From Mytilus californianus (lineage: Eukaryota), in the NCBI RefSeq assembly GCF_021869535.1, contig NW_026262674.1:2108001-2172000 (forward strand): a stretch of 64,000 nt of DNA. Direction: 5' to 3'. The notes under the pieces are model-generated. The model saw nothing but the letters and a program-made list of their open reading frames with translations. It did not search any database and was not told where the DNA came from. Shown here piece by piece: positions 1 through 13,500 of this stretch. A program made the position numbers and the translations under genes. Positions within the stretch are counted from its first letter, which is position 1, and each line of letters begins with the position of its first letter.

Positions 1-1331
1 GTATGGTATACAAACAAAGTTTTGCTTTATTGGAGCTTACCCTATAATTGTTTACCTTTTACGCATTGTGACTTGGATGGAGAGTTGTCTCATTGCACTC
101 ATACCACATTTTCTTATTTCGTTATACAAATAAAGTCTCATGTTATCATGTTTCAAACTTGAGCGAATGTAATGTTGATAATAATAGTACTTTTTTCGTA
201 TTCCATGTTTTAGTCATGTGGGAAAATGCTCAAAATTTGCAAAAACGGTTTATGTTTGGCTAGCCATAAAACCAGGTTCAACCCACCATATTTTCTTAAA
301 ATGTCCTATACCAAGTCAGGAAAATGGCATTTGTTATCAATAGTCCGTTTCTATGTATGTTGGCATTTGTTTTTGTTGCAGTTCATTGTTTCTGTTGTTC
401 CGTTGATGTCCCCTTACAGTTGATGTGTTTCCCTCAGTTTAGTTTGTAACCCGGATTTGTTTTCGCTTAATCTATTCATCTGTACAACATCATGTTTGAA
501 ATAGAAAAAGAATATTTCTATGGGACACACATTCCCCCACTTGTTAATATACAGCATATTCGGCAATTTTCCCATTTATAAAGGGATATAACTCGAGAAC
601 GTAAAAGTGATGCCAGAAATACGAACTTGATATGTGTTTTGTGGCATTGAATATTGTATATAGGTTTCATACAATTTAGTTGATGCTATGTAAAACTATA
701 GTGCGGAAACTGCAAATTCAGCAATTTTCCATTTATAAGGAACATAACTCTAAAACGATAAAAGTGACGCCACAGAAAGTCGAAACTGATCTGATCCGTG
801 TTTGGAAATAATAAGCATTGTGTATAAATTTCATATAATTTGGTTGAGGCAAACTAAAGTTGGTGGGGTTCGTGCGGCTCAGGCTTTAGTTTTTTTATGT
901 TGTGTTTTGTATACTGTTGATTATCTTCTGGGCTTTTTCTTTATATTTTTGCCATAGCGGTGTCAGTTTAATTAAAACGAATGAGTTTGAATGTCCCTTT
1001 GGTATCTTTCGAGATTCAAGATTCAAAGTTTTATTCAAAGTCGATGCTCAATAACTTTCATTAACAAAAGCTAAAGTGAGCTTTTCAAATAGACACTATC
1101 TTTTTTTTTAGAGGACGGAAACCAATTTCAGCAGAAGGCGGGGGCATACAAATGTTAAAGAGACTATGACACACTATTTCACAATTGTTTACTTCATTAT
1201 TTTGCGTTTTTGTGTCTCATGTATGTACTTCTCTCCATAGTACTAGCAAAAACTTATAAGAACGCTAACGGATAAAAAAGTTTTACTTTATTCAACTTAA
1301 CATAATTAATTTACAACACCATTATATAGTG

Positions 1332-1337
1332 TTTATT
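1332..1337 (-). promoter_or_regulatory. Candidate polyadenylation signal AATAAA (a second copy at 1287-1292)
   Basis: tttatt on the + strand, shortly 3' of the stop codon. Confidence 0.45.
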
Positions 1338-1350
1338 TCCGTAGAACTGA

Positions 1351-1505
1351 TTAGTAAACAGGATTTACACATTTATATTGACATCCTTGTTTGCAACATT
1401 TCTTCTTCCCAAGACAAGATGAATCGTTTCTACAGCTTCGTCGGACATAACACCTTGAGTTTGGGTATCGGTCTCTCGGGCATTTGTCTGGTGTTGGCTT
1501 ATTTT
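1351..1505 (-). CDS. Terminal exon: basic WAP domain ([51 protein letters not shown])
   Basis: 8-Cys WAP spacing; acceptor tttttactttgtag; phase 1; stop TAA. Confidence 0.92.
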
Positions 1506-4500
1506 CTACAAAGTAAAAAGCATTGATAAGACATAAATACAACAAAAATGCACGCGTTGTAGTACTTAACATTCCCCTACGCGCGATTAAAAGTATCGGA
1601 AACAAGAAGAAAATGTCTAACGTTTCCAAGTGCCTCAGTCGCCAAGTGGTTTTAGTAGTAAAACTACTGTATCACTAGCCTGTCAACTCCGCAGCTGTGA
1701 GTTCGAATCTCGAACATGACAGATGCCCTCGACTCCAATCATAATTGACTAGGATTGTCCGCTTTCCTTCGGTAGTTCTCTGAGTGCGGTCAGGCTTCCT
1801 ACATAAAAACTGACAGCCACAATATAGCACAATAGTGCTGAAATGGCATTAAACACCAATTGAGGGTAAAAAATGATCAAAGTTCTTGCCAAATACGGTT
1901 AAGGTTATCTATTCCGGATACAAAATGAAAACAACGCGTCATAAATTTCATGCGTCCGACGCTCTTTCAGGATTTACCTTTATCAGGAACGCCAAAAGCC
2001 GAATATCTACATCTGCTCGTCATGTAATAAAACCAGCTCGTGTAAAAATTACTGAAATGTTCAAAAATAAATTGTGATTACCGTCAGGACAACAAGCAAA
2101 GTATTCATCAGCTGGTCCCCCTAGACAGCTATATCCAGCTGGACACTTGTTAGAGCCGATAACCATTCCACAGGAAAGTGTTGGATGAGGATCACCAAAT
2201 TTACAAGCTATAAATATACAAAATATAAAAATATCTTTTATAATCATGATTAGTATGTATTCATGTATGTATTTGTAGATTCTTCTGTTATTCGGAGCAC
2301 CCCTCGAGAGTTGCAAGGGTACAGTGGAATCCGAGTATACTCCCTATTTTGATTAATGTAGATGTGTCACGAACGTATTTACAACAATATTTACATAGAA
2401 AATTCAAACCCTTATCCAAAAGGAGTACTAGGACACCGGGAAATCTGTTAGTATATTGTGCTCTATTGAAAAATGTGAATAGTTCTTATGTTGTATTTCA
2501 CTGCATAAGTGCTATAAATGTCATCATCATTTGGCTTGAAACATTGACCAATCAATAGCAAATTAGAGTGGCTTTGGTGGTCGAGTGTTCTAGGAAGTTC
2601 CTTTACAGTGATCATGACTAGCCTTTCAACACTAACGATGTGAGTTCGAACACTTGTCGTGGCGATTATTTGACATTGATTGACCGTCGGTGGTTCTTTG
2701 TCTGGGTCATCTGACCTCCACCGCCAGTAAAACATGGTCGAAATGATTGAGCCAAGGTCGCTGAAAGTGTCATAAACACCAAAAAAAAAACAAAAACGAC
2801 CATAGACAATTGACCACTCACGTCTTGAGAACAAGAGTGTACAAACACTAAAGTGTCTTCTGTAGACCGCGTGTCTGGCGTAAAAATATATTATAAGTTT
2901 CTTTTGGCAACTTCTCCTCTAGTTTAATGTTAAACATCTTATTTTATCATTTTGAGCTGGGAGCTCTGGATGAAAACTTATAAAAAGAAACCGGTCTTCG
3001 GTTGGAGCGTAATTGGTATCTTTAATCGTATTGTATAATGCTTTCTAGGACATTAATGTATTCATGTGCCTGTCCCAAATCAGGAGCCTGTAATTCAGTT
3101 GTTATCGTTTATTGCTGTATATCTTTTTTGTTTTTCGTTGATTGTTTTGTACATCAGGCCGTTAGTTTTCTCGTTTGAACTGTTTTACATTTGTCATTTC
3201 GGGGCCTTTTACAGCTTACTATGCGGTATGGGTTTTTCTCATTGTTGAATGTCGTATGGTGACCTATATCTGTTAACTTCTATGTCATTTGGTATCTGGT
3301 GGAAAGTTGTCGCATTGGCAAACATACCACATCTTCTGACTTTTAAATCTATGAAAATCTTGTTTATGATTTAGTTACTTACGGATTTTACAGCAGACTG
3401 AGTTTTTACAGTAGGTTCCTGATGGACACGGTTTACTGTCCAATGGTCCAAATCTGCAAGTCCCTTGAGGCGTCCCCTTTTCACATGCTATATGAATATA
3501 TATGTGCAATAATTACGAATTTTGAGTTGATATATATTTTACAATAAAATATAATACGATAGAAGTCATGTGGGTTTTTTTTAGGAAAACTAATTTCCAT
3601 TTTATGCTTCCGGTTTCATTAGAGGAATTTATTGATATTCTTTTGTTAATATATACTTATCCTTTCTTTAAACAGAAATGTAAACAAAAATGTGTTATTA
3701 ATTTACTAGAACAAATTGTTTCCAAAGACCTATTACGTTATTCCAAATGAGGATTGCAACATCCCTTCTTTCCATCGCATAAAAAACACAGTCAGGTCTG
3801 TTTGAATTGCGACGTATTATTCAATACTATTAATTTGAAATTGGGCGGTTGTAAAGGTTCACTGACATGAATTAATTCGAGAAAAAATATATGTAGAAAC
3901 AGAGTCAAAGGTTAGAGTGCTCCAACGCATAACAGACTAACAACAACGCTATTTGTGAAAAAGTAAAATAAAAAAAATACCGAACTCCAAGGAAAATTCA
4001 AAACCGAAAGTACCTTATCTAATTGCAAAATCAAAAGCACAAACACATCAAACGAATGGAAAACAACTGTCATATTCCTGACTTGATACAAGCATTTCCT
4101 AATGTACAAAATGGTGGATTAAACCTGGTTTTGGTAACATTGGCATAAGTTTAACAATTTTGAGTGAAACTTCAAAGAAAGGGACCAATTTTATCGTACA
4201 ATGTGTATACAATTAACGTTTTAACTCTTTATTTAAATGGTTATTAATTTGAAGTCCCACATAAAGTCAACTGTTGCAGAATTATTATTTTGATTTCAGG
4301 GGCCTTGGTAGCCAAGTAGTATAATTAGTCAACTAAAGTATCACTAGCCTGTCAACACAGATGTTGTGAGTTCGAATCCCTCAAGTGACAAGTGCGCTCG
4401 ACTCTTTATTGACAAGAATTTTCAGTTTTCGTACCGAAGGTCGGTGGTTTCCTCCGGGCACTCCGGCTTCCTCAACAAATAAAAATACTGCCACGAAATA

Positions 4501-7500
4501 GCACAAAAGTGCTGAAGTGGTGTAACGCCAATCAATCAATCCATCATTTCTATCAGATTCAGAATGTTTTAAAGGAAATGTGATGCATTACAAATAGACA
4601 ATACTAACATTCAACTATATGTAAATGCCATGCCAATAGCCCAGTGTGAGACCATTTTTATCAACCATTCTGTTCGGATGTCTGCGAGAAAAGAGTCTAT
4701 AGCTGGAAATATGGAATAAACTACTTGTCAATTTGGTTTATCTCCCCAACACCCCTTTCTAGACATTTCATAAAGCTCACCTTTTTTAGACCTTACTCAC
4801 CAGGTAGACATTGGCATGTCTGACACACATTGACGTCAGACTTATAACCGTATGGACATGGTCTGCTGCATTTTATTTGCGGACATACTGAGAAACAAAA
4901 AATAGATAAATTACACACATTCTAGATATAGATTCATATGATAGTAACAAATATACAGAAAATTATGTTCTAAATATCGTCCAGTTTTAGAGTTTGCTGG
5001 AATAAAAAATAATCAGATACGCTTCCATTGAATTGTTTCATATCTTTCATGTCGGGGCTTTTTATAGTCGATCATACGGTATGGGTTTTTTCTCATTGTT
5101 GAAGGCCGTACGGTTGCCTATTTTTGCTTACATCCTCTTTATTTGAACTTTGGTGGATAGTTGTCTTATTTTCAGTCATACGTCATCTCCTTATTTTTAT
5201 ATTTATAACAAACTGTTTGTTTTCGAGTACGACCTTGCACAGATCATATACGTTAAAAAAATTTCGTCCATCATATGATTTTAATGATTTTTGTTATCTT
5301 TTCCTTTTTGTTTTTAAATTTCATGTTTTATCGTGTATCAGTATTACTTCACGTCATATCACGGTATTCAATTTCAAACCAACCTTCACTGTTGGCACTG
5401 AAATTGGCTTATCGTTTATATTGTTTTTGTACCCAGTATTGGACAATATTTTTAATGCTGTTTATCATAGACTGTAATGGATGTAAAACGTATGGAACAG
5501 AATCGTTCTATACAATTGATCAAATATATCACTACAAACCAGTAAAAGTCTGAAATGGCCTATATCTGTACTCGACTGTACTGATTTTTACTCGACCAGT
5601 CTGAATTGGTCTGAATTTTACTTAATATTACTCGACCCAGTCTTAACCATACTCGACTGTACTGATTTGTACTTGACCCTTATCTTTGCTATTGAAAATA
5701 GTCTAAACTATTACTCGACCAGTCTGAAACAGTCTTAACCCAGTCTGGACCAGTACTCGACCAGCTCTCGACCTATTTTTTCAGTCTGAACCATACTCGA
5801 CCAAAGGTCTGAACAATACTCGACCAGTCTGAACCATACTTTACCAAATAACCTCTGCTTTATAATTTTGATTGTTTAAATAACTTTCTCTTTAACTTAC
5901 ATGACAACAGCCACAATTAAATAAAGATATATATAAAAACATTTTTTACATTCTTTAATAATACATTAGGTATTCTCTTAGATTTGGCAAATCGAGATAG
6001 TTAAATTATCTAATTTAAAAGTCTGAGTCTTGTTAAATAAAAGACTTGTTTTACCTGAAAACCACACCTATACTGAGGGTAATAAAACCTTATTAAAAAT
6101 AAGGTGTTTTTTGTTTGGCATGTGTTTTTTTTTTAAACAAAACTTGATTTTCCTAAATTCCTAAATAAAAACGAATGTAGGACAGAAAGTCAGAGGACAA
6201 AAAGTCACAATTCAGTTTTGAGGTTATTTTTCTTTGAACAATAGAACACTTATTTTTAAAAAAACATTTTTGTATTTTTCTTGAAACAATATCAATAATG
6301 ATCAAATAATTGTTAAGAAAACAAAATGTTACAATGTCTTGGTACTTAAATGGCTTCATGGTGCCAAGAAATATATCCTTTGCATGATTAAAATTTTATA
6401 AATCTTTATTTATCAAATTAAGTCTTATGAACAATTTCCTAAACTGTAAAATGAATATGTGTCATAAAAAGTAAACATTTCAAGATCTTTCTCATAAATA
6501 TTCAATCAATTGTATACAAATTATTTGTGACTTTTTGTCCTATCAAATTTGTGACTTTCTGTCCAGTGACTTTCTGTACTTAGGTTTCATGGTTATATAC
6601 AATAGTTATATAACTATCTTTTAAATGAGGTAACAACAGCCAACAAAATCACTGACATTGTTTAACCTTATATCAGAAATATATCTATTCCTATTCATAA
6701 TTTGGGATATATATATATTTTAAAAGGGATAAAAAATTCAAGAAATGAATAAAATTTTTCTTCTGATTAGGGGTAAACTATAAAGTAATACATCCTGCTT
6801 GACGCACACTGATTAAAAAGATCACACCTGTTCAGAGAGTAATAAATTTTAAATAACATCCATTGAAAATTACAACATCCTGTAAAACTTAAATAACAAG
6901 GCCTTTGAATTCACTAGATAAATAATACACGAGTTTAAGAAAAATATGGTTTTCTTTTTACCTGTAAAACACCTGTACTGAGGTAATTAAACCATTAAAC
7001 CTTATTAAACTGTTTCTTGTATGCCATGTCTTTAATTTTGACAAAACGTATTTAAATTTAATTAAAATAAATTTCTACTGCAACTTTGGAATACATTTCC
7101 TTTTTTAAAAGGTTATCAAGGATAAAAAGATGAAAGTTTTATTATTATTATTATTATATTAAATTTTTGATTTTACAAAACAAAGGTGTCAATTCTAACA
7201 TTTATTAAGTTGCTTTATATACTATTTTATATATATTTTGATAAAAAAAAAATTGAATAACATTTAAGATATTTGAATAATGGTTGAAAGTTATAGTATT
7301 TTTGATGCATAAATCAATGTGAACATGATATCATGTATATGAAAATTCATTTAACGAACTTAATTTATTACATGATATTTTTTTAATCCAACCAGAAATT
7401 TGATCACCTTGTTTTATTTTAATTTTAAATGTGATATACATTTTATATATATATATATATATATGAATAACAGTTCCTAAATTAATGAAAAAATAATATA

Positions 7501-10500
7501 GATAGATACAAAAAATAGGTTTAGGTTGGTTAAGACTTGGTCGAGTATGGTTCAGACTAGGTCGAGTATGGTTCAGACTAGGTCGAGCATGGTTCAGACT
7601 TGGTCGAGAATGGTTAAGACTATGTCGAGTATGGTTCAGACTCGTATAAAATGGTTAAGTACTGGTCGAGTAAAGGTCGAGTACAAGTTCAGACTGTTTA
7701 GTATCGTTCAGACTACAGTCGAGTAATATCAAGTAAATTTCAGACCAATTCAGACTGGTCGAGTAAAAATCAGTTCAGTCGAGTACAAATATAGGCCATT
7801 TCAGACTTTTACTGGTTTGTAGTGTATATGATTAACAAATGAACAGAAGCTTTATCTAACAATATCATTGTTGTGTTCGTAGAAGACCTGTCTTTTGAAT
7901 CACCGTAATCAGGTACGCTCTGACTACGACCTGAAGGAGTTGAAACCTCGTGTAAGTGTTTATAAACTAGACATTTGACACTTTAACATTTTATTTTACT
8001 AACACAGTTTAATCTATTAATGTGTCTGTCCCATGTAAATCAGTGATTGTCGTTTGTTTCTGTATATCATATTTGTTTTTTTGTTTTTTGTTTTATGCTT
8101 TTATTTCGGTGCCTTTTTCAGCTTGTTATGCTGTATGGGTTTTACTTATTGTTGAAGGCCGTACGGCGATCTATAGTTGATTTAATTTATGTTATTTTGG
8201 TCCCTCATTTATAGTTGTCTCATGCTTTTTGCAATCATACCACAACCCACATATCATATTTCGAACAACATGTATCATAAATCTCTTTTTATGTGTGTAA
8301 CGCCATTTATATATGCAATTTGGTGAATGTTACAACTGGTTTACAGTAATTGACCTTTTCAGAATCTAAAGAAATATGACGTTTTTAACCAATCAAAACA
8401 TTTTTGTGTACGTTTTTGAAAATATTACCCATAATACATTAGATTCTACGACGGCGAATTAGGACGCTTTTTAACATACCATAAGGACAGCATACTCCAC
8501 TGCCGCCTGCTGAGGGTGTGTTGCATTGATATCGAGCGGGACATCTTTGTTGACCTGAACCACAGCTGATTGATCCTAATGGACTAACATTACCCTTACA
8601 TCCTAAAATAGAAAACAAAATGTGAAAGACAGACGAAAGATACCAAGGGACATTCAATCTCGTAAGTCGACTACGCCATGCTTAAAAAAGAAAAAGACCA
8701 AAAGATAAACACCAAACTGTTAGGACAAAGTTCAATCAACAAATGAGAACGCATGGAACGAAAAGTACCCAGTTATTTTTTGATGTAATAACGAATATAT
8801 AATCAGGCTAATTTCTTTTTGTATATCATCTCACATTTTAAATCTATACAACAGACCATTATTACCTGTTTTGCATCTACAAGTTGGACAGTTGTTTTCA
8901 TCAAGAACATTTCCAAAGGGACAGAATATAGCACAAACAGGTCCACATCTAGGTTCTGTAAAAACCGTAAATGTATTAACATTTATAACATTTTATTTAA
9001 TAATCCTTTTCTAGTATGTTAATCAATTTTTTGAGAAGAAACTAAGAAAGAATATAAATACTTAATAAAATAGAAATATACCATTACATTCGGATTTTCC
9101 TGAACGATAAGGAGAATAAGAAGGAACGTAGGTGGCAATCGAAACATGTACGGATGATGTCCGAAGAATCGAGTTGAAAATACAAATAAAAAATCTCGTC
9201 TAAAAAAAGGAACAGAAACGAAACAAAAGATTGAGCATCGCGAATACCAATGAAAATCAGAAACGAACTCGGTCAAAATGTCAATAAAAGCGATCTAATG
9301 ATTTACAAATACATGTACGCAGACATTTCTAGCAGGAATGCGGATTTCCAATCAAATTTTCGTGTGGAATGTACTTTGCACATTATAAAACTGTTGCAGC
9401 AACTGTTTCTGCTTCTATCTTACATAACATCTTTTGCCTGTGTGAGAACACATTTCTTGTACAAACTCATTCGTCCAAAATCTTGTTTCTACGAAATATT
9501 CGCCACTGTACATTAAAATTACAATCAACTAATATTGAATAATGGAAGTTCTTTCACCCTAAAAACCGAAAACATTTGCGACTTTAATGTGGAATAAAAG
9601 TATACCATTAGTGCATTGATAATAAGTTGTACAGTAAAATCAGTGATACGTAAAGAAAAAAAATTATCAAAAAAGGTACACCACAGAATCTTTTTTCGTA
9701 AAGATTTCATGATCCATCATAATTTTCATGCGGCGATAAAAACCTTTTGCGCTGATTTCGGCGTAAAACAAACATCAATCAATCAATTACTCAATGATAT
9801 ACCAGAACTACGAATTCCTACATATTATCAACTATTGTAGGAACATCCTGCATCTGTTTAAAACGTAAAACTTTCCTTACAAAACGTAATGGAGGACGTT
9901 CATTAAACAAGACCGTGGGAACAACAATGAAATTCTATATGTGATTGCACCGCGCCTAAAAAAATACAAAGTCAAATGTGTAATTATGTTATTCAATTAA
10001 AGTAGGTATTATTGAATGTTGAACGTAAGTCAACCAGACATATATGTATATATATAATTGATGTCTCACCAAGTATAACATAAATGATTTTATTTTTTAT
10101 TTTATTAGAAAATATTGTTTTGTTGAGTATGTTCCTTTTATGTCTTTACTTGTTAAATTTGTATATACAATGCTGTACGTAAACTTCAACACTTTTTACC
10201 TCTGCTAGTGAACTATCAGTTCCCGAGGGTATCATCAGCTCAGTAGTCAGTACTACGGTGTTGACAAAATTTATAAAAACCTTTCTAAAATTGTCCGTTT
10301 ATAAATTTTGAAATTATAAAGAAACTAAGGTTTCAACTCCCTCAGGCAAAGTTGATCTTAGATGATTTAGGCTATTTTAAAGGTCCTTTTTGTCATATAG
10401 CTCTTCAACTGGTTCGGTTCTTATACATTTTTGGCTTTCACATTTTTCGGCTTTTAAGGTTCCTGATAAAGGTAAATAAAAAAAAGCGCCTTGGACTCAT

Positions 10501-13500
10501 TACATTTAAAGCGTGTTGTTTTCATTATTTATCTAATATTTACAAAATCCTGCATTGTTTTCATATATTTAACTTACTACATGTACATGTTTGACAGCCA
10601 TTTGCGTCAATCACATAACCGTATGGACATGATTTGCACTTGTAAAGAGGACATTCTGAAAAATATATGTGCACATTTTTAGAAATATCTTAAAGTATTC
10701 ATTTTGTCCAATGTTATAGTTGTCTTTTTGGCATTGTGTCATAGATCAAATTTATTCGTTCAGTGTATGTTTACTTGTTTTTGTTAATATGTCTTTTTGA
10801 TTGAGTTAAGCCATTTTAATTGATATTTTATAGTGTGTCTTTCTATGTTGTAATATTACACTACTATTTCAGGTGAGGGTGAAGGTTGGCGCCTGTCAAA
10901 ACGTTTAAACCCGCTGCATTTGTTTGCACCTGTCCTAAGTCAGGAACCTGTTGTTCAGGGGTTATCGTTTGTTGATGTGTTGCTAAAGTGTTTCTCGTTT
11001 CTCGTTTTTTATATAGATTAGACCGTTGGTTTTCCAATTTGAATTGTTTTACACTAGTCATTTTGGGGCCGTTGATAGCTTGCTGTCTAATGGCAGATAT
11101 TGTAAGTTAGAGCATCACTAAATGAGCATGGGCGGTTCATAGGATGAAGCATTTGAGTTGATCCAGAGTTCTAATGAGGTTCGTGTTGCTCAATATACCC
11201 ATTACAATTTGTGTTATCGTTTTTTAAGTTATGCTTCTTTTATTCTTTTGGACATGCCATTGCCTTAGATGACTTATTCTATTTCTTTCTGTATTTTCAC
11301 TTTTTTTGTATAAGCTTGAGGTAAGCATTTTGAACAACATCATGACGGTTTTTGTCCTATGCAATTTGTCTTTTCTAACATGTCTATAATTTGTGAACAT
11401 TCAGATTTTTGTTATAATTTCAAATTCAACAATGAATGCAAACAACTATATGCAGAAGTGGCAAGCATTGTTATTTTGCAAAATTCACATAATAATCATG
11501 ATGGTCATTTAGTTCTTCTAAACACAATACTGTAAAATTAATATAAAAATTGTAACCAAATTTAAGAAATAAATTACTATACTAGTATACAGTAAGCACA
11601 ACCAGAAGACATTACTAACTTAGAGATAACATACCATACGGACAACACACTCCTACACCATTTTGAGCTGTTTTACACTGGTATTTAGAGGGACATCTTG
11701 GCTTGCCTAAACCACAGCTGACTGACGGTAAAGGACTTGCAATATCCGTACATCCTGAAAAAAAAATATACAGTACAGTACCTTTTTTCTGTCGGATAAA
11801 AAATATATTGAAACACGAGAGAACTAAAACTGTCAGAAAAATCAAAACCAGCAAAAAGTTGTATTAATGGCGTTGTCAGTTTGTTTTCGATCTATGAGTT
11901 TGACTGTCCCTCTGGTATCTTTCGTCCCTCTTTGATACCGTCATTGACTATATCAGAAGACACTGTTAAAAAAAGGCAAAAAAGGGAACCATAATCATTA
12001 AAGAGCAATAACTACAAGCATCAGTCAGAAAAGATGTCATTCGTCGTTTAACAGTCTACAAATTCCTTTTGGGCTTTTTAAAACTTCTTCTGGTATTGAA
12101 CATTGCTTCATTAACGTCTGGTAAATCAACTTTTATCTCTTTTATTGATCACTATGAATGAATACACAAAAGAATATTTACAGATCGTTTTAAACAATTT
12201 TATGCTATTTTGTTTAATTCGCGTTTACAAAACTTTGAATGTTTGAAATACTAAGGCTTTTCTACCTCAGGAATAGATTACCTTAGCTGTATTTGGCAAA
12301 ACTTTTAGGAATTTTTGGTCCTCACTGCTCTTCAAATTCGTACTTTATTTGGCCTTTTTAATTTTTTTTGATTCGAGCGTCACTGATGAGTCTTTTATAG
12401 ACGAAACACGCGTCTGGCGCAAATACAATATTTCAATCCTGGTATCTGTGATGAGTTTATTTACCTGTTTTGCATTTACAAATTGGACAGTTGTTCTTAT
12501 CTATCACGTTACCAAATGGACAGAATATTTCACATAATGGTGGACACTTCGGTCCTGAAATGAGATTTAATGTTAGTGATAAAAGTTTGAAATCATGTCG
12601 TAGAAGATGATTGTTACAGAATCTATCTTTTACATTTTTTTTATAATAGCCACATCTACAGTTTTTTTTTGTGTTTTCGAACAAAATTATAAACACCAGA
12701 ACGATTTATTTGCGAAAAAAAAAGGGAAATAGTGAATAACCTTTAAACATATTGTCAGGTTATGAACAAACAAACGAATTGAAAAAATACATTTTACGCT
12801 CTTACGCAGAAAACCATTTAAGTTCCGTGATTTTTTCACACGAAACAGATAAGGGGGCTCAGTTGCCGAAAGATCTAGGTAATTAAACTACTGTATCACT
12901 ATCCTGTCACAACAGAGGTTGTGAGTTCGAATCCCGCATAGGGCAGGTGCACTTGACTCCCAACTTAATTGACTATGATTGTTTTCCTACAAACTGTTGG
13001 TGGTTCACCCTATGCACTCTGGTTTCCTCCACCAATAAATACTGACCTCCACGATTTGGCATAACAGTGTTGAAAGTGGCGTTAAACGTCTATCAATAAA
13101 TCATCAATCATGGAACAGATAATGTGATCTGTATAGCTGAATACGCACATATAAATTAGCATTATATTTGATTATATATATCATCGTAGCTTTCATTTTC
13201 TCTGTTCGAATTAAACATATTTTAGAAATTACAAAAGTAATCTAGATAACTAATAAGGCAGTCCTTTATAGCTTGCTGTTCGGTGTGAGCCAAGGCTCCG
13301 TGTTGAAGACCGTACTTTGACCTATAATGGTTTACTTTTACAAATTGTGACTTGGATGGAGAGTTGTCTCATTAGAAATCATACTCACATCACATATAAA
13401 ACTAAAGACTGAGCAACATAAACCCCTTCAAAAACTTGGTGTGATCTCAGTAGCTCTAGAAGGGAAAACAGATCCTGCTCCATAATAAAGATCGCATGTA

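Noticed and set aside
7526-7726. ORF with SSMVQTR repeats
   Set aside because: It is a translation of the subterminal repeats of the CACTA-like element.
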